A DNA stretch of 64,000 nt, taken from positions 32,881-96,880 of the IMG/VR virus record IMGVR_UViG_3300032214_000566; one strand, 5' to 3'. Below, piece after piece: positions 49,720-60,400 of the stretch; within the stretch, counting starts at the first letter, position 1, and each line of letters starts with the position of its first letter. This DNA is from a virus. The notes below the pieces were generated by a model that saw only the letters and a program-made list of their open reading frames with translations, was not told where the DNA came from and searched no databases. Position numbers and translations under genes: made by a program.

Positions 49720-49750
49720 CAAATATAGGTATAAATACTAGAATGTCAAA
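49720..49750 (-). promoter_or_regulatory. Bacteroidota-type promoter of the replication block with an embedded TATTTAT motif
   Basis: TTTG(49750-47)-19 nt-TATATTTG(49727-20); also reads TTGACA-16-TATATT; TATTTAT at 49737-49731. Confidence 0.72.
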
Positions 49751-49761
49751 TTAGAAAGCAC

Positions 49762-49787
49762 AAAAAAAGGGACCTTTTAAAGTCCCT
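49762..49787 (-). terminator. Rho-independent terminator ending the hub operon
   Basis: AGGGAC...GTCCCT stem followed by a T-run on the minus strand. Confidence 0.8.
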
Positions 49788-49807
49788 CGTATTTTATAAT
49801 TTAATAA

Positions 49808-50494
49808 TTAATTATTGTCTTCTTGGTCGTAAATATTAAATGTTTTTTTAACTTCATTTGGTGAAAAATTTTCAACTTCGTCAGAGGTTAACACATATTC
49901 GTTTTTATCCGTCAATTCCATCTCACCTTTTTTGTCATCAAAAAAATCTGTTAGTTTTTGATTATAAGGATACGAATCTAATGAACGTAACATTAATTTT
50001 TCTTCAGGAGTTTTTTCTCGGTATTTGTCAAATTTAGTTTCCAAACTATTAATCTTATCAAGAATTTGGTCCATATTAGATAATTTACTTTCTAAGTCGT
50101 CCAACTTAGCAAACATACCATCCATAAATTCATCCTGTTTTGTTTTAATGTCTTGTTGAGCACTTACTAAATCAGTAATGTCTATCTCTTCAGTATCCCC
50201 TTCACCACCTTCAGTTGTTTCTTCCGCATCAATTTCCTCAACATCTGGGTCATTGGCTACGTCAATAGGTTCAGGTATAGCATCGGGTGTTGCTCCCGCT
50301 TCAGGTGCTGCTCCCGCTTCAGGTGCTGCTCCCGCTTCAGGTGCTGCTCCCGCTTCAGGTGCTGGTGGAACTTCTCCTTCGGGTGCCGGTGGAGTATCAA
50401 TTTGCTCACTAATAATGTAATTATTGATTTGATTGAATCTTTTTAATTCTTCTAAAATTTTCTTGTCTAAACTCATCGTGTTATTTTTAACCAT
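49808..50494 (-). CDS. Acidic protein with PEAGAA repeats and a coiled coil; possible scaffold/internal head protein (likely start 50476, MSLDKK)
   Basis: Leader ILEELKRFNQINNYIISEQ, then a Pro/Ala/Glu linker and coiled coil. Confidence 0.65.
   Translation of the reverse strand: MVKNNTMSLDKKILEELKRFNQINNYIISEQIDTPPAPEGEVPPAPEAGAAPEAGAAPEAGAAPEAGATPDAIPEPIDVANDPDVEEIDAEETTEGGEGDTEEIDITDLVSAQQDIKTKQDEFMDGMFAKLDDLESKLSNMDQILDKINSLETKFDKYREKTPEEKLMLRSLDSYPYNQKLTDFFDDKKGEMELTDKNEYVLTSDEVENFSPNEVKKTFNIYDQEDNN
50291..50362 (-). repeat. Perfect 18 nt tandem repeat x4 (encodes APEAGA)
   Basis: TGCTCCCGCTTCAGGTGC at 50291, 50309, 50327 and 50345. Confidence 0.95.
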
Positions 50495-50711
50495 TCAGTA
50501 ATGTTTTAACCCCTGTTGGAGTTTCAACTTTTAAAGTCCTATTAGTCTTTAATGTATTATCTACTCTTTCGATTAACCCATCCTTCATTCTTATGGTATA
50601 ACAATCACCTGTATCAAGGTCACAAACTTCTTTGTAACCATTACCTGTTTGTTTTTCAGTAATACGAGTATCTTTTCTTAAATAGTCGTCTAATAAATTT
50701 TTGATGTTCAT
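50487..50711 (-). CDS. Small hypothetical protein
   Basis: 74 aa with EVCDLDTGDCY; TATTTAT motif 14 nt upstream. Confidence 0.7.
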   Translation of the reverse strand: MNIKNLLDDYLRKDTRITEKQTGNGYKEVCDLDTGDCYTIRMKDGLIERVDNTLKTNRTLKVETPTGVKTLLNG

Positions 50712-50750
50712 AATTCTTTTTTTATATAAATATATCGTTTATTAATAAAA

Positions 50751-53700
50751 TTACGGGAATAACGTGAATACCTTTTTTATGATGTTAAGGTATGCCGAAT
50801 ATGCCGAAGATAATAAATTATTATTTTGGACATTAATTAGAACATAATCTCTTATTTCTTGTGCTGTTTTCCCATACCCATAACCAGTATCCCAAGTAGA
50901 AATTATTAATTGTACAATACCTTTTTGGTATTTCTCATCTTCATCATCACCTGTGTTAATATTTTTTAAATCAACAATTAATGGTGACATGTTTTTATTT
51001 AAATTATACACCACATTAATAGGGTCTGTCAGATTATTAAACGAAAACAATGGGATTGCAGCCCCATCGACATCCGCACAAACCAACTCACTTAAAACCG
51101 GATTATCCGCAAAAACATTAGCGGCACTTATTTCAAATAAATTATTATTAATAGGTTGTAATAAATCTTCTTCATATCCGTTAGATGATCTTGTAACCGC
51201 AATTGTTGCCATCATAATCGCAACATACCTATCAATTCCAGGAATCGCATTTATTTTGTTAGCCATTTCAGAATATGTTACACGACCTCTATTCATACCA
51301 ACAAATGGTAATGTCTCATATTTAGCATCGACTAATAATTGACATTCATCCTCAGGTTTTAAAGTTGTTCCAATTGATGCGTCTTGGTCCAAACTAGTTT
51401 CTACAGGAGTAACGGTAGTCGCTGGATTTGGTGTTTGTAAAATTTCTTGCTGATATTTTTCTAAATAATTTGTTTTAATATATGTTGCCAAGCTGTTAGG
51501 TTGAGGTAATGCGTATTTTGGCATTCTATTCCCCTCAAAAGAAGTCACAAAATCAGTATCACTAATAGTATGAGATACACTACTAATTAGGTATGGTCCG
51601 TAAAATAATGGAACATGTCTTAAATTAAAATACATCATAGGTTGTATCATTACATTACCTAATGATTTAATAGTCGCATGGTACGACGCACTTTTATATA
51701 AAGAGTACATCGAAGTTGTTTGTTGAGCAATTTTATCCCCATTTACCCCGTTAGACATTTGGTCTCTAACTGCAAATGTTGCTGCAGTATTCTTCTTATC
51801 GTCCATACCTACCTCAACACTTGAGAACATGTTTTGGTTTTGTATACCAAAATCCACATTAAATCCAACAACTTTATTGGACAACGCAAAATTATATTTA
51901 GTGATGTCCGTAGGAATCCTAACCGGATTGGTTGATGGGTTTCTCAAATCAAAACTATCATCCCCATACACCACAAACGCATTATCTTTTTGTTGTGGAT
52001 GTTCAGATTCCTTACCAACATATATTAATAAAAACTTAGGTCTTGAGTCAAGATAGTTTACTTCGGTATATGTACCAAAAAGAGAATTAGGAACATCTAT
52101 TTGTTTTGGTTGTGAATTTTTAGTTGGGGACTGATTACCATAAAAATTAATGTAAGCTGGCATAGCATAAAACAACATGTTATCTTGTTTTTTCATTATA
52201 AAACCAATTACATCTAATATAGAAATGGTATTATCTCCCTTTAATATCTCAGCGATACCCATAACATCAACTTGTAATGAATTACCGACATCACCATTAG
52301 CAGTATTTTGAAAAAGAAAATCCTCAAATATTGTTCTAGTTGTTAAATCACTACCAGCAACCCATTTATCGTTAAACGCCTGAAAAGTATTGTACGTACT
52401 TAATTTTGTTACATCACCACTAACAGATGAATTAACACCTGATTGTGTTGATTTTGTTGATGGTAAATTCTTATTAGAATAGTTAGAAATCTCTAAAACC
52501 ATGTCGGCCTGTATTGCGTTTTGGTCATTTAAAAATTTATTAAATTCAGTAAAGAATGTTGTATTGGTCCACGGATTCCCATTAGTTAATGCCTTAAGTT
52601 TTTCTTTCGCATAAATTTTAATTATAGGGTAAAGAACTTTTATGTTGTCCGAAGTGAATTCTATGTTTTGTTCAATAAAAAAGTCAGTAATTGACGATCC
52701 ACTATTTGTGTACGCAGCATAATTAGAAAACCCAACATATTTTTGTAATGTTTTCCAAGCATCGGAATTATTAGTTTGACTGCTCAGTAAAGTGACATTT
52801 AAAGTATCACCAGGTAATGACCCATCAACATAAGGGTTATATGTTATCCTATCTACAGGATGTAAAGTAGTGTCATTTGAAAAACTATTAAACACTCTTC
52901 TATTAAAGTTTCCGGGATTTCCTAGTTTTAAAATACAATCAAACTTTAAAAACTCTTCCATTTTTTTAGATGCTGAGATTTGTTGAGCCTGAGCAATACT
53001 AACACAATCTTGGTTTTGTTGGTTTGTTATACCATTAGGTAAATCAGTTTCTTTTACTTTTAGTAAATTTAAAATTTGGTCCTTAAGTCTTCGTTGTTTA
53101 ATATTTTTAATCTTATTAGTATCAATATAATTTGGTGAAGTTTTCTCTCCCTTTAAAACAAGTATCTCTGATGCATCAGCATTTGGATCACAAAACCCTA
53201 AAAATGCTCTTTCAAACTCATCAAGTATGTCAGGAGTAAACACTGAAAATAATTCCGGAATATCACTATATTTACCATTAAATGATACATCATAATCAGA
53301 CGCGTATTGATCAGGTGTTGGTTTTTGTATCTTCGATAAATCATAGTACCCATAATTACTTAATCCCCATAATGGTCTAACGGACCCGTTATACATTGCA
53401 GGATTATCTTTAATATCTATTTTTATTTTACCGGTGTTAAAACATTCTAAAACCGATTGATTAAATGGGGTACCACCATTTGATGGTATGGGTATATAGA
53501 CTTTATTATTTTTATCTACGGACGCGTCTCTATCAAAAATTAAATATTGAAAATACGAATTAACCGCAATACTTCTATTTAAATCCAATGAGTCTCCACT
53601 GAATGGCATAAAATAAGATGAGTTAGTATTAGAACCAATTCTTAATTTATTTTTATCGTATGCGTCTGAAAATTCTTGCCCATTATATGTCGTAAATAAA

Positions 53701-56700
53701 TCTTTCTTAGTAAGGTACCAATGTAAATCATTAATTAATTTAGGATAAAATCCTGTATTATATGTTTCAATATATTTAACATTAGCGGGTGCTACTGTTT
53801 GTGTATCAAAAGCTTTAAAAGTACGAGTACCCCCAGTGTAGTCTTTAATTGTATACTGTGTTGAAAGATTATTTAGTGTTGGGTCATAGTATTTTTTGTA
53901 GTCAAAGTCCTCCCACACGTCATCTAATATATCAGTAACCTTATTAGAATCAATCCACGTTTTATATCTATGCCAAATAGAACCATACCTTAATATGTAT
54001 GAATAAGGCATTTGGTGTATTGCAGAAAATTTAAATAAAGTTGGAATTAATTCGTCAGTATAATCGTTAGTATCTATATTAAAGAATTCAAAGTCGCGGA
54101 AAAAGGTATTTAAATACAAATAACCTAAACTAACATACGGATTTTTTACCCCATTTTTTTCATTTTCAACACCTTTAAGTAAGGAATTAATAAAAAATGG
54201 TGTATTAAATATTGAGGTTGTTTGGTTTGGGGTAACGTTACCACTGTAATTATTATAATATAATATTGATTCACTTAATACTCTACCATTATTATCCTTC
54301 TTTTCAGTAAAAAGTTGGGATAACTCTATTCCATTTTTAACCGGAGTACTTGTATTAGGGATATTAAAAACGGTTTGATTAAAGTTTTTATAATCATATC
54401 TTTCATACAGACCGTAAAGACTTAACTTCTGTGATAATGAATTCTCATTTAACCTAGCAATTGTTTTTTTATCGTCTAAAAAAATAATAGTTCTTGTTGT
54501 GTTGTAATCATATGCTTTACCATATAAATCAATAACGTCACTAAATAATTTAGTAGATGTTTCCGTACTTTCTAAGTATGTTTTAAAATTATCAATTAAT
54601 GGAACCGCAGTATCTAAACTTATAGATCTTCCATCAATAGTATCTAAACTATATAAGCCAGATTGATTGTCCAACATATTAACAATATAATCGGTCGTAT
54701 AATTATCTCTTTCAAAGTTCCAATATTTTTGAGAAGCCCCATTATTTGAAATACTTTTCATGTACGTCTCTAATGTGGTTAAACTAATTGGCGTTGTTTT
54801 TAACTTCTCAGAAAGATTCGGATTATCTAATGCCGCTCTTCTAACATTTTGAGCCTCTAAGTCCGCAATAAATTTATCGACTTGGTCTTTTTTATAATTA
54901 CCCCTAAACAATTGAGTGTAGTGACTAGTTAAATAAACTCTCTCATATAACTCATAGAAAAATGAAATCTCACTAGGGTCCTCATAAGGTATAACCGTAA
55001 ATGGGAATTCCAATCCATTCGATGAGGCATAGTTATTTAATACCGTCGGATTAGAGTAAGAGTTTCGTCTTGCGTTAGGTGCCTTAGATACTGCAGCTTC
55101 TAAATATTTTTCAGTAAAGAATATTTCAGGCCAAACCGTTCTATCAAAACCGTTTGTTTGTGTGACATATTTAGGGTTACCTAAATATTGAACTGTATAC
55201 ATCTCTCTACCATCAGGTTGTTTTTCAAGAGTAAAGTAAGTCGGCCAAGGATAAACAACATTTTTGTTATTTTCGTTACCAACATAATTAACCAAATTCT
55301 TAGAATCAACACCAAAGTTTTTACCCGAAGGCATAATAGATGAAATTCTTTTTGGGTTATTTTTTTTACTCCAAGCATCATAATGAGTTTGGTCCATTAA
55401 CCTATAAAACGTATCGACACCAGCCATTATAACTGCAAACACATTTCTTATTGTTGGTTCAAACCCTAAACCCGCATTACTCTTAATTAATTTATCCGCC
55501 AATTGGTCGGAAAACGTTTGTTCAATTACCGTTTGTCTGGTTTTAAGAGTAGAACTCATTTTATCTAACTTATCGAAAAAACTATTTGGTACGTAATTTG
55601 TAGACCCTACGGCCAACTCTCCGTATTTAAAGAATGTTGGTATGTCATCGACAATATTTCCCGTAGCTAAATCTTTTTTCTTACCGAATAATTCAAAATC
55701 TTTTGTTATTTGTGTTTTAAATGTAATTAGCTCTGCCTCTGTTGGTACACGATTTAATCTTTTAGTTAATGTGTTTTTATAATCGGTTTCAGTTAAATTG
55801 ACATATGAAAATTGTATAATGATGTCGCTTGGCTTTAAAAAAACGGGTATCTCTTGGTTTTCAAAATTCTCATCACCTATTTTGTATGAACCGTTTTCAC
55901 CGAAAGATGCATTTTTTTTAAAGTTCTCAACACTACCTACTACCTCAGCGCTAATATCTGTTTTTAATTGTTCTCGATATTGGAAGTCAATGTTAGGTTT
56001 AAATGGATAATATATCTCGTTATCGTGTATAATATAACTATCGGTATCCAAATACGTATTTATTACTTTAGTATAGACAGTATTTTTTAATTCAGTTATT
56101 AAATTAGCATATGAGTTTATATCGTTTAAAACTGCAAAATCACCTTTTTTAATATCCTCCTGAATCGCAGTATTAAAGTTATCACACCTTAATATAAATT
56201 CTTCAATAGTTAATCTTGGAAACCCTTTCTCTATTAACCCCTTCGATTCATATATACTATAAACCTCATCCATTTTTTGTGCCCCTAATGAAGTCTGAGT
56301 TGTCGTAACATTGTTAGTACTATTTGGTGTTGCACTATTATTTGTCGGTTCGGTTCTTTCGACCACCGTAGGATACATTTTTGGAGCAACTCTAGCGTAA
56401 TCTAATAATGTATCACTTAATAATCCCGTTAATTTACCAACTAAAGTTAAATTAATATTATAGTTACCACTGTCTTGGTCAAAAGTGGCGTTAAACTTTG
56501 TAAGATTTAAAGCGTACCTTATGGCCTTACCGTAGTAACCTTTTATCGTTAAATAAAACAATGGATATGGTAAGTTAAAAAAAACAGAATAGATTGACTT
56601 CTCACCTTGTTCAAATAGTGTTCTACCCTGAACGTCGACTAATGTCATATCAACTGTTGGTACTCCATTTGCAACAACTTTAACTGTAATATTTGTAATA

Positions 56701-57137
56701 CCCAACATTTGGGTGTCAGAATAATTATTAACGTCTCTTACATTAATAGTCTTACCGTTAATATTTTTAGATGATATGCTACCTTGATTTAATCCCCCAC
56801 CTGTAGTTGAATTTAATCCTGTAATTTGGTCAGTATATGACGTGTCAAAACTATTTCTACCTCCAGGTTGTAAAAAATTAATTACCGCAGCAGGATTACT
56901 AGCATCTGTTTTTAAACTCGCAACCGTAGAATTAACAATATCTAATGTTTCCCCTACCGCAAGTTTTGTTCTTGGTATTACTTTAGTTTCTAAATTTGCG
57001 TAATACACTAAATCTTCGTGGTCGACTAATCTGTCCACCACTTTATTATTAACAACAATTTTGTTTGGGTCAATTAGAACAATGTTGTCATAATCAGTTT
57101 CAACGTAAATAGGTTGTTTTGAAAGGTTATCTGCCAT
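50751..57137 (-). CDS. Giant baseplate hub protein (gp27/VgrG/gpD-like ends), 2128 aa
   Basis: N-terminal LGITNITVK..PTVDMTLVDVQG and C-terminal LGNVMIQPMMYFNL...GPYLISSVSHTI...TSFEG resemble hub barrels; follows the gp53-like gene. Confidence 0.65.
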   Translation of the reverse strand: MADNLSKQPIYVETDYDNIVLIDPNKIVVNNKVVDRLVDHEDLVYYANLETKVIPRTKLAVGETLDIVNSTVASLKTDASNPAAVINFLQPGGRNSFDTSYTDQITGLNSTTGGGLNQGSISSKNINGKTINVRDVNNYSDTQMLGITNITVKVVANGVPTVDMTLVDVQGRTLFEQGEKSIYSVFFNLPYPLFYLTIKGYYGKAIRYALNLTKFNATFDQDSGNYNINLTLVGKLTGLLSDTLLDYARVAPKMYPTVVERTEPTNNSATPNSTNNVTTTQTSLGAQKMDEVYSIYESKGLIEKGFPRLTIEEFILRCDNFNTAIQEDIKKGDFAVLNDINSYANLITELKNTVYTKVINTYLDTDSYIIHDNEIYYPFKPNIDFQYREQLKTDISAEVVGSVENFKKNASFGENGSYKIGDENFENQEIPVFLKPSDIIIQFSYVNLTETDYKNTLTKRLNRVPTEAELITFKTQITKDFELFGKKKDLATGNIVDDIPTFFKYGELAVGSTNYVPNSFFDKLDKMSSTLKTRQTVIEQTFSDQLADKLIKSNAGLGFEPTIRNVFAVIMAGVDTFYRLMDQTHYDAWSKKNNPKRISSIMPSGKNFGVDSKNLVNYVGNENNKNVVYPWPTYFTLEKQPDGREMYTVQYLGNPKYVTQTNGFDRTVWPEIFFTEKYLEAAVSKAPNARRNSYSNPTVLNNYASSNGLEFPFTVIPYEDPSEISFFYELYERVYLTSHYTQLFRGNYKKDQVDKFIADLEAQNVRRAALDNPNLSEKLKTTPISLTTLETYMKSISNNGASQKYWNFERDNYTTDYIVNMLDNQSGLYSLDTIDGRSISLDTAVPLIDNFKTYLESTETSTKLFSDVIDLYGKAYDYNTTRTIIFLDDKKTIARLNENSLSQKLSLYGLYERYDYKNFNQTVFNIPNTSTPVKNGIELSQLFTEKKDNNGRVLSESILYYNNYSGNVTPNQTTSIFNTPFFINSLLKGVENEKNGVKNPYVSLGYLYLNTFFRDFEFFNIDTNDYTDELIPTLFKFSAIHQMPYSYILRYGSIWHRYKTWIDSNKVTDILDDVWEDFDYKKYYDPTLNNLSTQYTIKDYTGGTRTFKAFDTQTVAPANVKYIETYNTGFYPKLINDLHWYLTKKDLFTTYNGQEFSDAYDKNKLRIGSNTNSSYFMPFSGDSLDLNRSIAVNSYFQYLIFDRDASVDKNNKVYIPIPSNGGTPFNQSVLECFNTGKIKIDIKDNPAMYNGSVRPLWGLSNYGYYDLSKIQKPTPDQYASDYDVSFNGKYSDIPELFSVFTPDILDEFERAFLGFCDPNADASEILVLKGEKTSPNYIDTNKIKNIKQRRLKDQILNLLKVKETDLPNGITNQQNQDCVSIAQAQQISASKKMEEFLKFDCILKLGNPGNFNRRVFNSFSNDTTLHPVDRITYNPYVDGSLPGDTLNVTLLSSQTNNSDAWKTLQKYVGFSNYAAYTNSGSSITDFFIEQNIEFTSDNIKVLYPIIKIYAKEKLKALTNGNPWTNTTFFTEFNKFLNDQNAIQADMVLEISNYSNKNLPSTKSTQSGVNSSVSGDVTKLSTYNTFQAFNDKWVAGSDLTTRTIFEDFLFQNTANGDVGNSLQVDVMGIAEILKGDNTISILDVIGFIMKKQDNMLFYAMPAYINFYGNQSPTKNSQPKQIDVPNSLFGTYTEVNYLDSRPKFLLIYVGKESEHPQQKDNAFVVYGDDSFDLRNPSTNPVRIPTDITKYNFALSNKVVGFNVDFGIQNQNMFSSVEVGMDDKKNTAATFAVRDQMSNGVNGDKIAQQTTSMYSLYKSASYHATIKSLGNVMIQPMMYFNLRHVPLFYGPYLISSVSHTISDTDFVTSFEGNRMPKYALPQPNSLATYIKTNYLEKYQQEILQTPNPATTVTPVETSLDQDASIGTTLKPEDECQLLVDAKYETLPFVGMNRGRVTYSEMANKINAIPGIDRYVAIMMATIAVTRSSNGYEEDLLQPINNNLFEISAANVFADNPVLSELVCADVDGAAIPLFSFNNLTDPINVVYNLNKNMSPLIVDLKNINTGDDEDEKYQKGIVQLIISTWDTGYGYGKTAQEIRDYVLINVQNNNLLSSAYSAYLNIIKKVFTLFP

Positions 57138-57444
57138 AATAAAAAATATGTGTGTCTACCGCATTTTTGTAGTCTAAAAGAGCACCCAATAAAGGATAAG
57201 GAATATTAAGTATAGTTCCGTCAGGGATATTAGTTTCTAAACCACCATAAGTTGGGTTAGCCATTAATATCAACCAACCAAAATATGGTGACCCATATTT
57301 TTCATAACTAATCTTATCCAATCTACTTTGGTTAGTTCTATACACATATCTTTGGTCTGTGGTTCTAGCCGGTAATGTAACATACGGTACAACCGTTTGT
57401 ACTCCATTAACAAAAAAGTTTTGGTATCTATTATAATATTGCAT
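57127..57444 (-). CDS. Baseplate wedge gp53-like / LysM-like protein
   Basis: SRLDKISYEKYGSPYFGWLILMANP...IPDGTILNIP. Confidence 0.8.
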   Translation of the reverse strand: MQYYNRYQNFFVNGVQTVVPYVTLPARTTDQRYVYRTNQSRLDKISYEKYGSPYFGWLILMANPTYGGLETNIPDGTILNIPYPLLGALLDYKNAVDTHIFYYGR

Positions 57445-57445
57445 A

Positions 57446-60400
57446 TTAATTCATTGTTTTCTTTAGGTTGAAATCGTTGCCGGTTGAATCGACAGTATCC
57501 CATAACGCCAAAAGATTAACATCATTAGGTGGCGAAACCGGAGTTTGTTTAGTTAAATCAAATAATCTTACTTTACCTTTGTTAAATGATATATATTTGT
57601 CATTTGGAAATTTAACAGAAAAATATATGTTTTTAAAATTATTAAAATTATCATCTAAAGTCTTTTTAGATTTTTCATAATTTTTATATCTTCCGTTAGG
57701 TAAATAAGTTTTTTGCGGAGTATTATTAAATGAAATACCTATTCCTTGATTTAAAATATTAATACCAATATTCTGATAAAGTAATTTTCTCCACCCCGTT
57801 TCTGATATAGCATCAGGTATTGATGTCATAATTTCATTTATGAATTTATCAGGGTCTTCTAATATTTCTTTACCGAAGATTAAGAAGAATCTCACATCTT
57901 TAGGACTATTAGAATCGATGTACGTTTCAAAATTAAAATCATCAGAATACACTTTACCAACACCTTTAGGTATTAATTGGTACTCCCCAAACTTATCATT
58001 AAGACCATTAATATCTGTTCTTATTGTTAAGAAATCATCTCTTAATTCATCATAGGTGTTGGCCGCAGTACTACCAGCAGCAATCTCTGTAGTACCAGAA
58101 ATATCATATATTACAACCCCCCCACTTTTATTTTTATACCCATCAACGTTACTTAAAATGTAATTAACTTGGTCACTATATTTTATAAATTCTAATTGAG
58201 ATTTAACTAATTTTGATGTGTTTTTCTCTAATGACTGTAAGTAGTTGTTTTTTCTACTATCAATCATTTCTTTAACTTTACGTTTAACCTTACGTATCTC
58301 ACCATTTGTTGGGAAATTTTCCTGACCTAATCCACCTAATATTGGTGATGTTTCATCCTCAACATCATCCTTAGCACCATTAAATAATTTGTCAACTCTA
58401 TCTTGGTACCCATCAGGTTTACCAAAAATATTAACATCATTAGTAATGTTACCTAACAAGTAATTAAATAAACCTGTTTTAAATTTAGGATTACTCGTAT
58501 ACAGTATTAAACCTCCCCATAATAAATCAGTCTTTAAATTTTGTAGTGTTGAATATACCCCATTAATATAATTTTCGGTTTTATCAACCATGGTATCCAT
58601 CACTTCTTTGTATCTGATTTTACCTTTTATTTGTGAGGTATTAACATCTAAATACGTATTTTCAACAACACCCAATGTAACACCACCATCATTAACCTCA
58701 GGTCTTTTTTGTGGTCCAACATCACCTATTTCATTTTTGATGTCGTCAATTAATTGTTTTTCAAATTTTGGATTTATCTCTTCAGTCTCTTCAGCCCTTT
58801 CATCATACATTTCAGTATTCGCATAATAGTTGAAGGAAAGCGCATTTTGTAATTTTGCAATTGGTTCTCGTAATCCTTGTCCTCCAATGAATTTCATTGA
58901 CATGGTTACTTCTGCAATCATAGGTTGAACCCCAATACCTTCAGGGTTTAAATCGTAAACTGCATCATCAAATTTTAAATCTAAACTTTCAAAAACAACT
59001 TTAGTATGGAAAAAGTCACCAACCCTAATAACACAAATAGGTGGTGAACCAAACGCACTATTAGTTACGTCATTATACTGTAGAGTTGTTGTATTCTGAC
59101 CTGTCTCAACCGCAGTCGGTATTGTATCACCAGGTCTCATACATTGTTGTAAGAACGTTAATCTAGCATTTAAACCTTCAGGAGTAATAGAGTGAAATAC
59201 CGGATTAAAGTTTTTAATCTTACTTCTTATTCCGTCATAAATCATAGGATTTTCTTCCCTGACCATTTCAAAATAACTACACTCACTTAAAAGTTTTCTA
59301 AGTAATCTTTTAGTTATACCATCTCTAACCTCATTTGTTAATGTTTTTTTCTGTGTTTGCTTAACAACATATGAAGATTCTGATTGTGGTTGGGTATCAT
59401 TAATGTTATTAACATCAGCACCTAGTGGGTCAATCTCCCCTTCAGGCGCCTCACTAATTTGTGTTGATGCTACCGGTGGTACTTCAGCTGGTGGGTCAAC
59501 TTTTGCAACACCAACTTTAGTTCTTCTACACATCATACCTTGTACAGACATTTTATATGTAGATTGATTATTGAAAGGTTTAGAACACTTTATATCTCTA
59601 TACCCTTCCTCATTAATTTCTTGAGTCTCTCCATTAGTTTGGGTGTTGAATAATAAAAGTTTTTTATCAATCATGTCTTTCATTTTCAATTCCCCCTCAG
59701 TATAATCAGTTATCATCTTAATAACTGAATCCGCACGTCTTTTAGAAAGACTTTGGTTATATGTTGCGGATGCCGTTGAGTTGGCGGATCCAATAATATC
59801 TAATGTTACCTTATTACCACCATCACAAAGTTTAATTACTTTTGATAGTAATTCTTTAAATGTATTATATTCACTATCTAAAAATGTAAAAACTCCACTT
59901 ATTGAATCTTTTCTGGTGTCTAAAAAATCTCCTAATCCAAAATTAGCTGGAGGATTATTTAATACGGTACCATTATAATTAAATACCTTATTTGCAGCAC
60001 CACTATTGTACGTACTTTTTAATCCGGACAATTGATTATAAAATTTTTCATACGAACTACTCGTATCGGTAGATGCTGGTATAGCATTTTCAAAAAGTAA
60101 TTGTATGTCTTGGAATTTAGCAATTTCAATATTTTCTTGTTGTGTCTGACCCGAAGCACTTCCTGTTGCATCTTGTGCAATATTTGGAGTTTCTTGAACC
60201 ACAACTTCACCAACAATATTAGGGTTAGGGACACTTGGAATTAACTCAGTTACATTACTAACCGTTTCAATTACATCATATATGTCGGTTAAACTAAATG
60301 ATTTATATTTTTTTAATAAATCATAAATGTCGTATTCAGTACATCCCGCAATGAATGAGTCGATTACCTTAGTCGCCACCGATGTGTTTTCTTTCGCTAA

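Noticed and set aside
50291-50362. Tandem repeats as a possible CRISPR array
   Set aside because: No spacers; in-frame coding repeat. No CRISPR array or cas operon seen, and the PD-(D/E)XK nuclease is a stand-alone phage type
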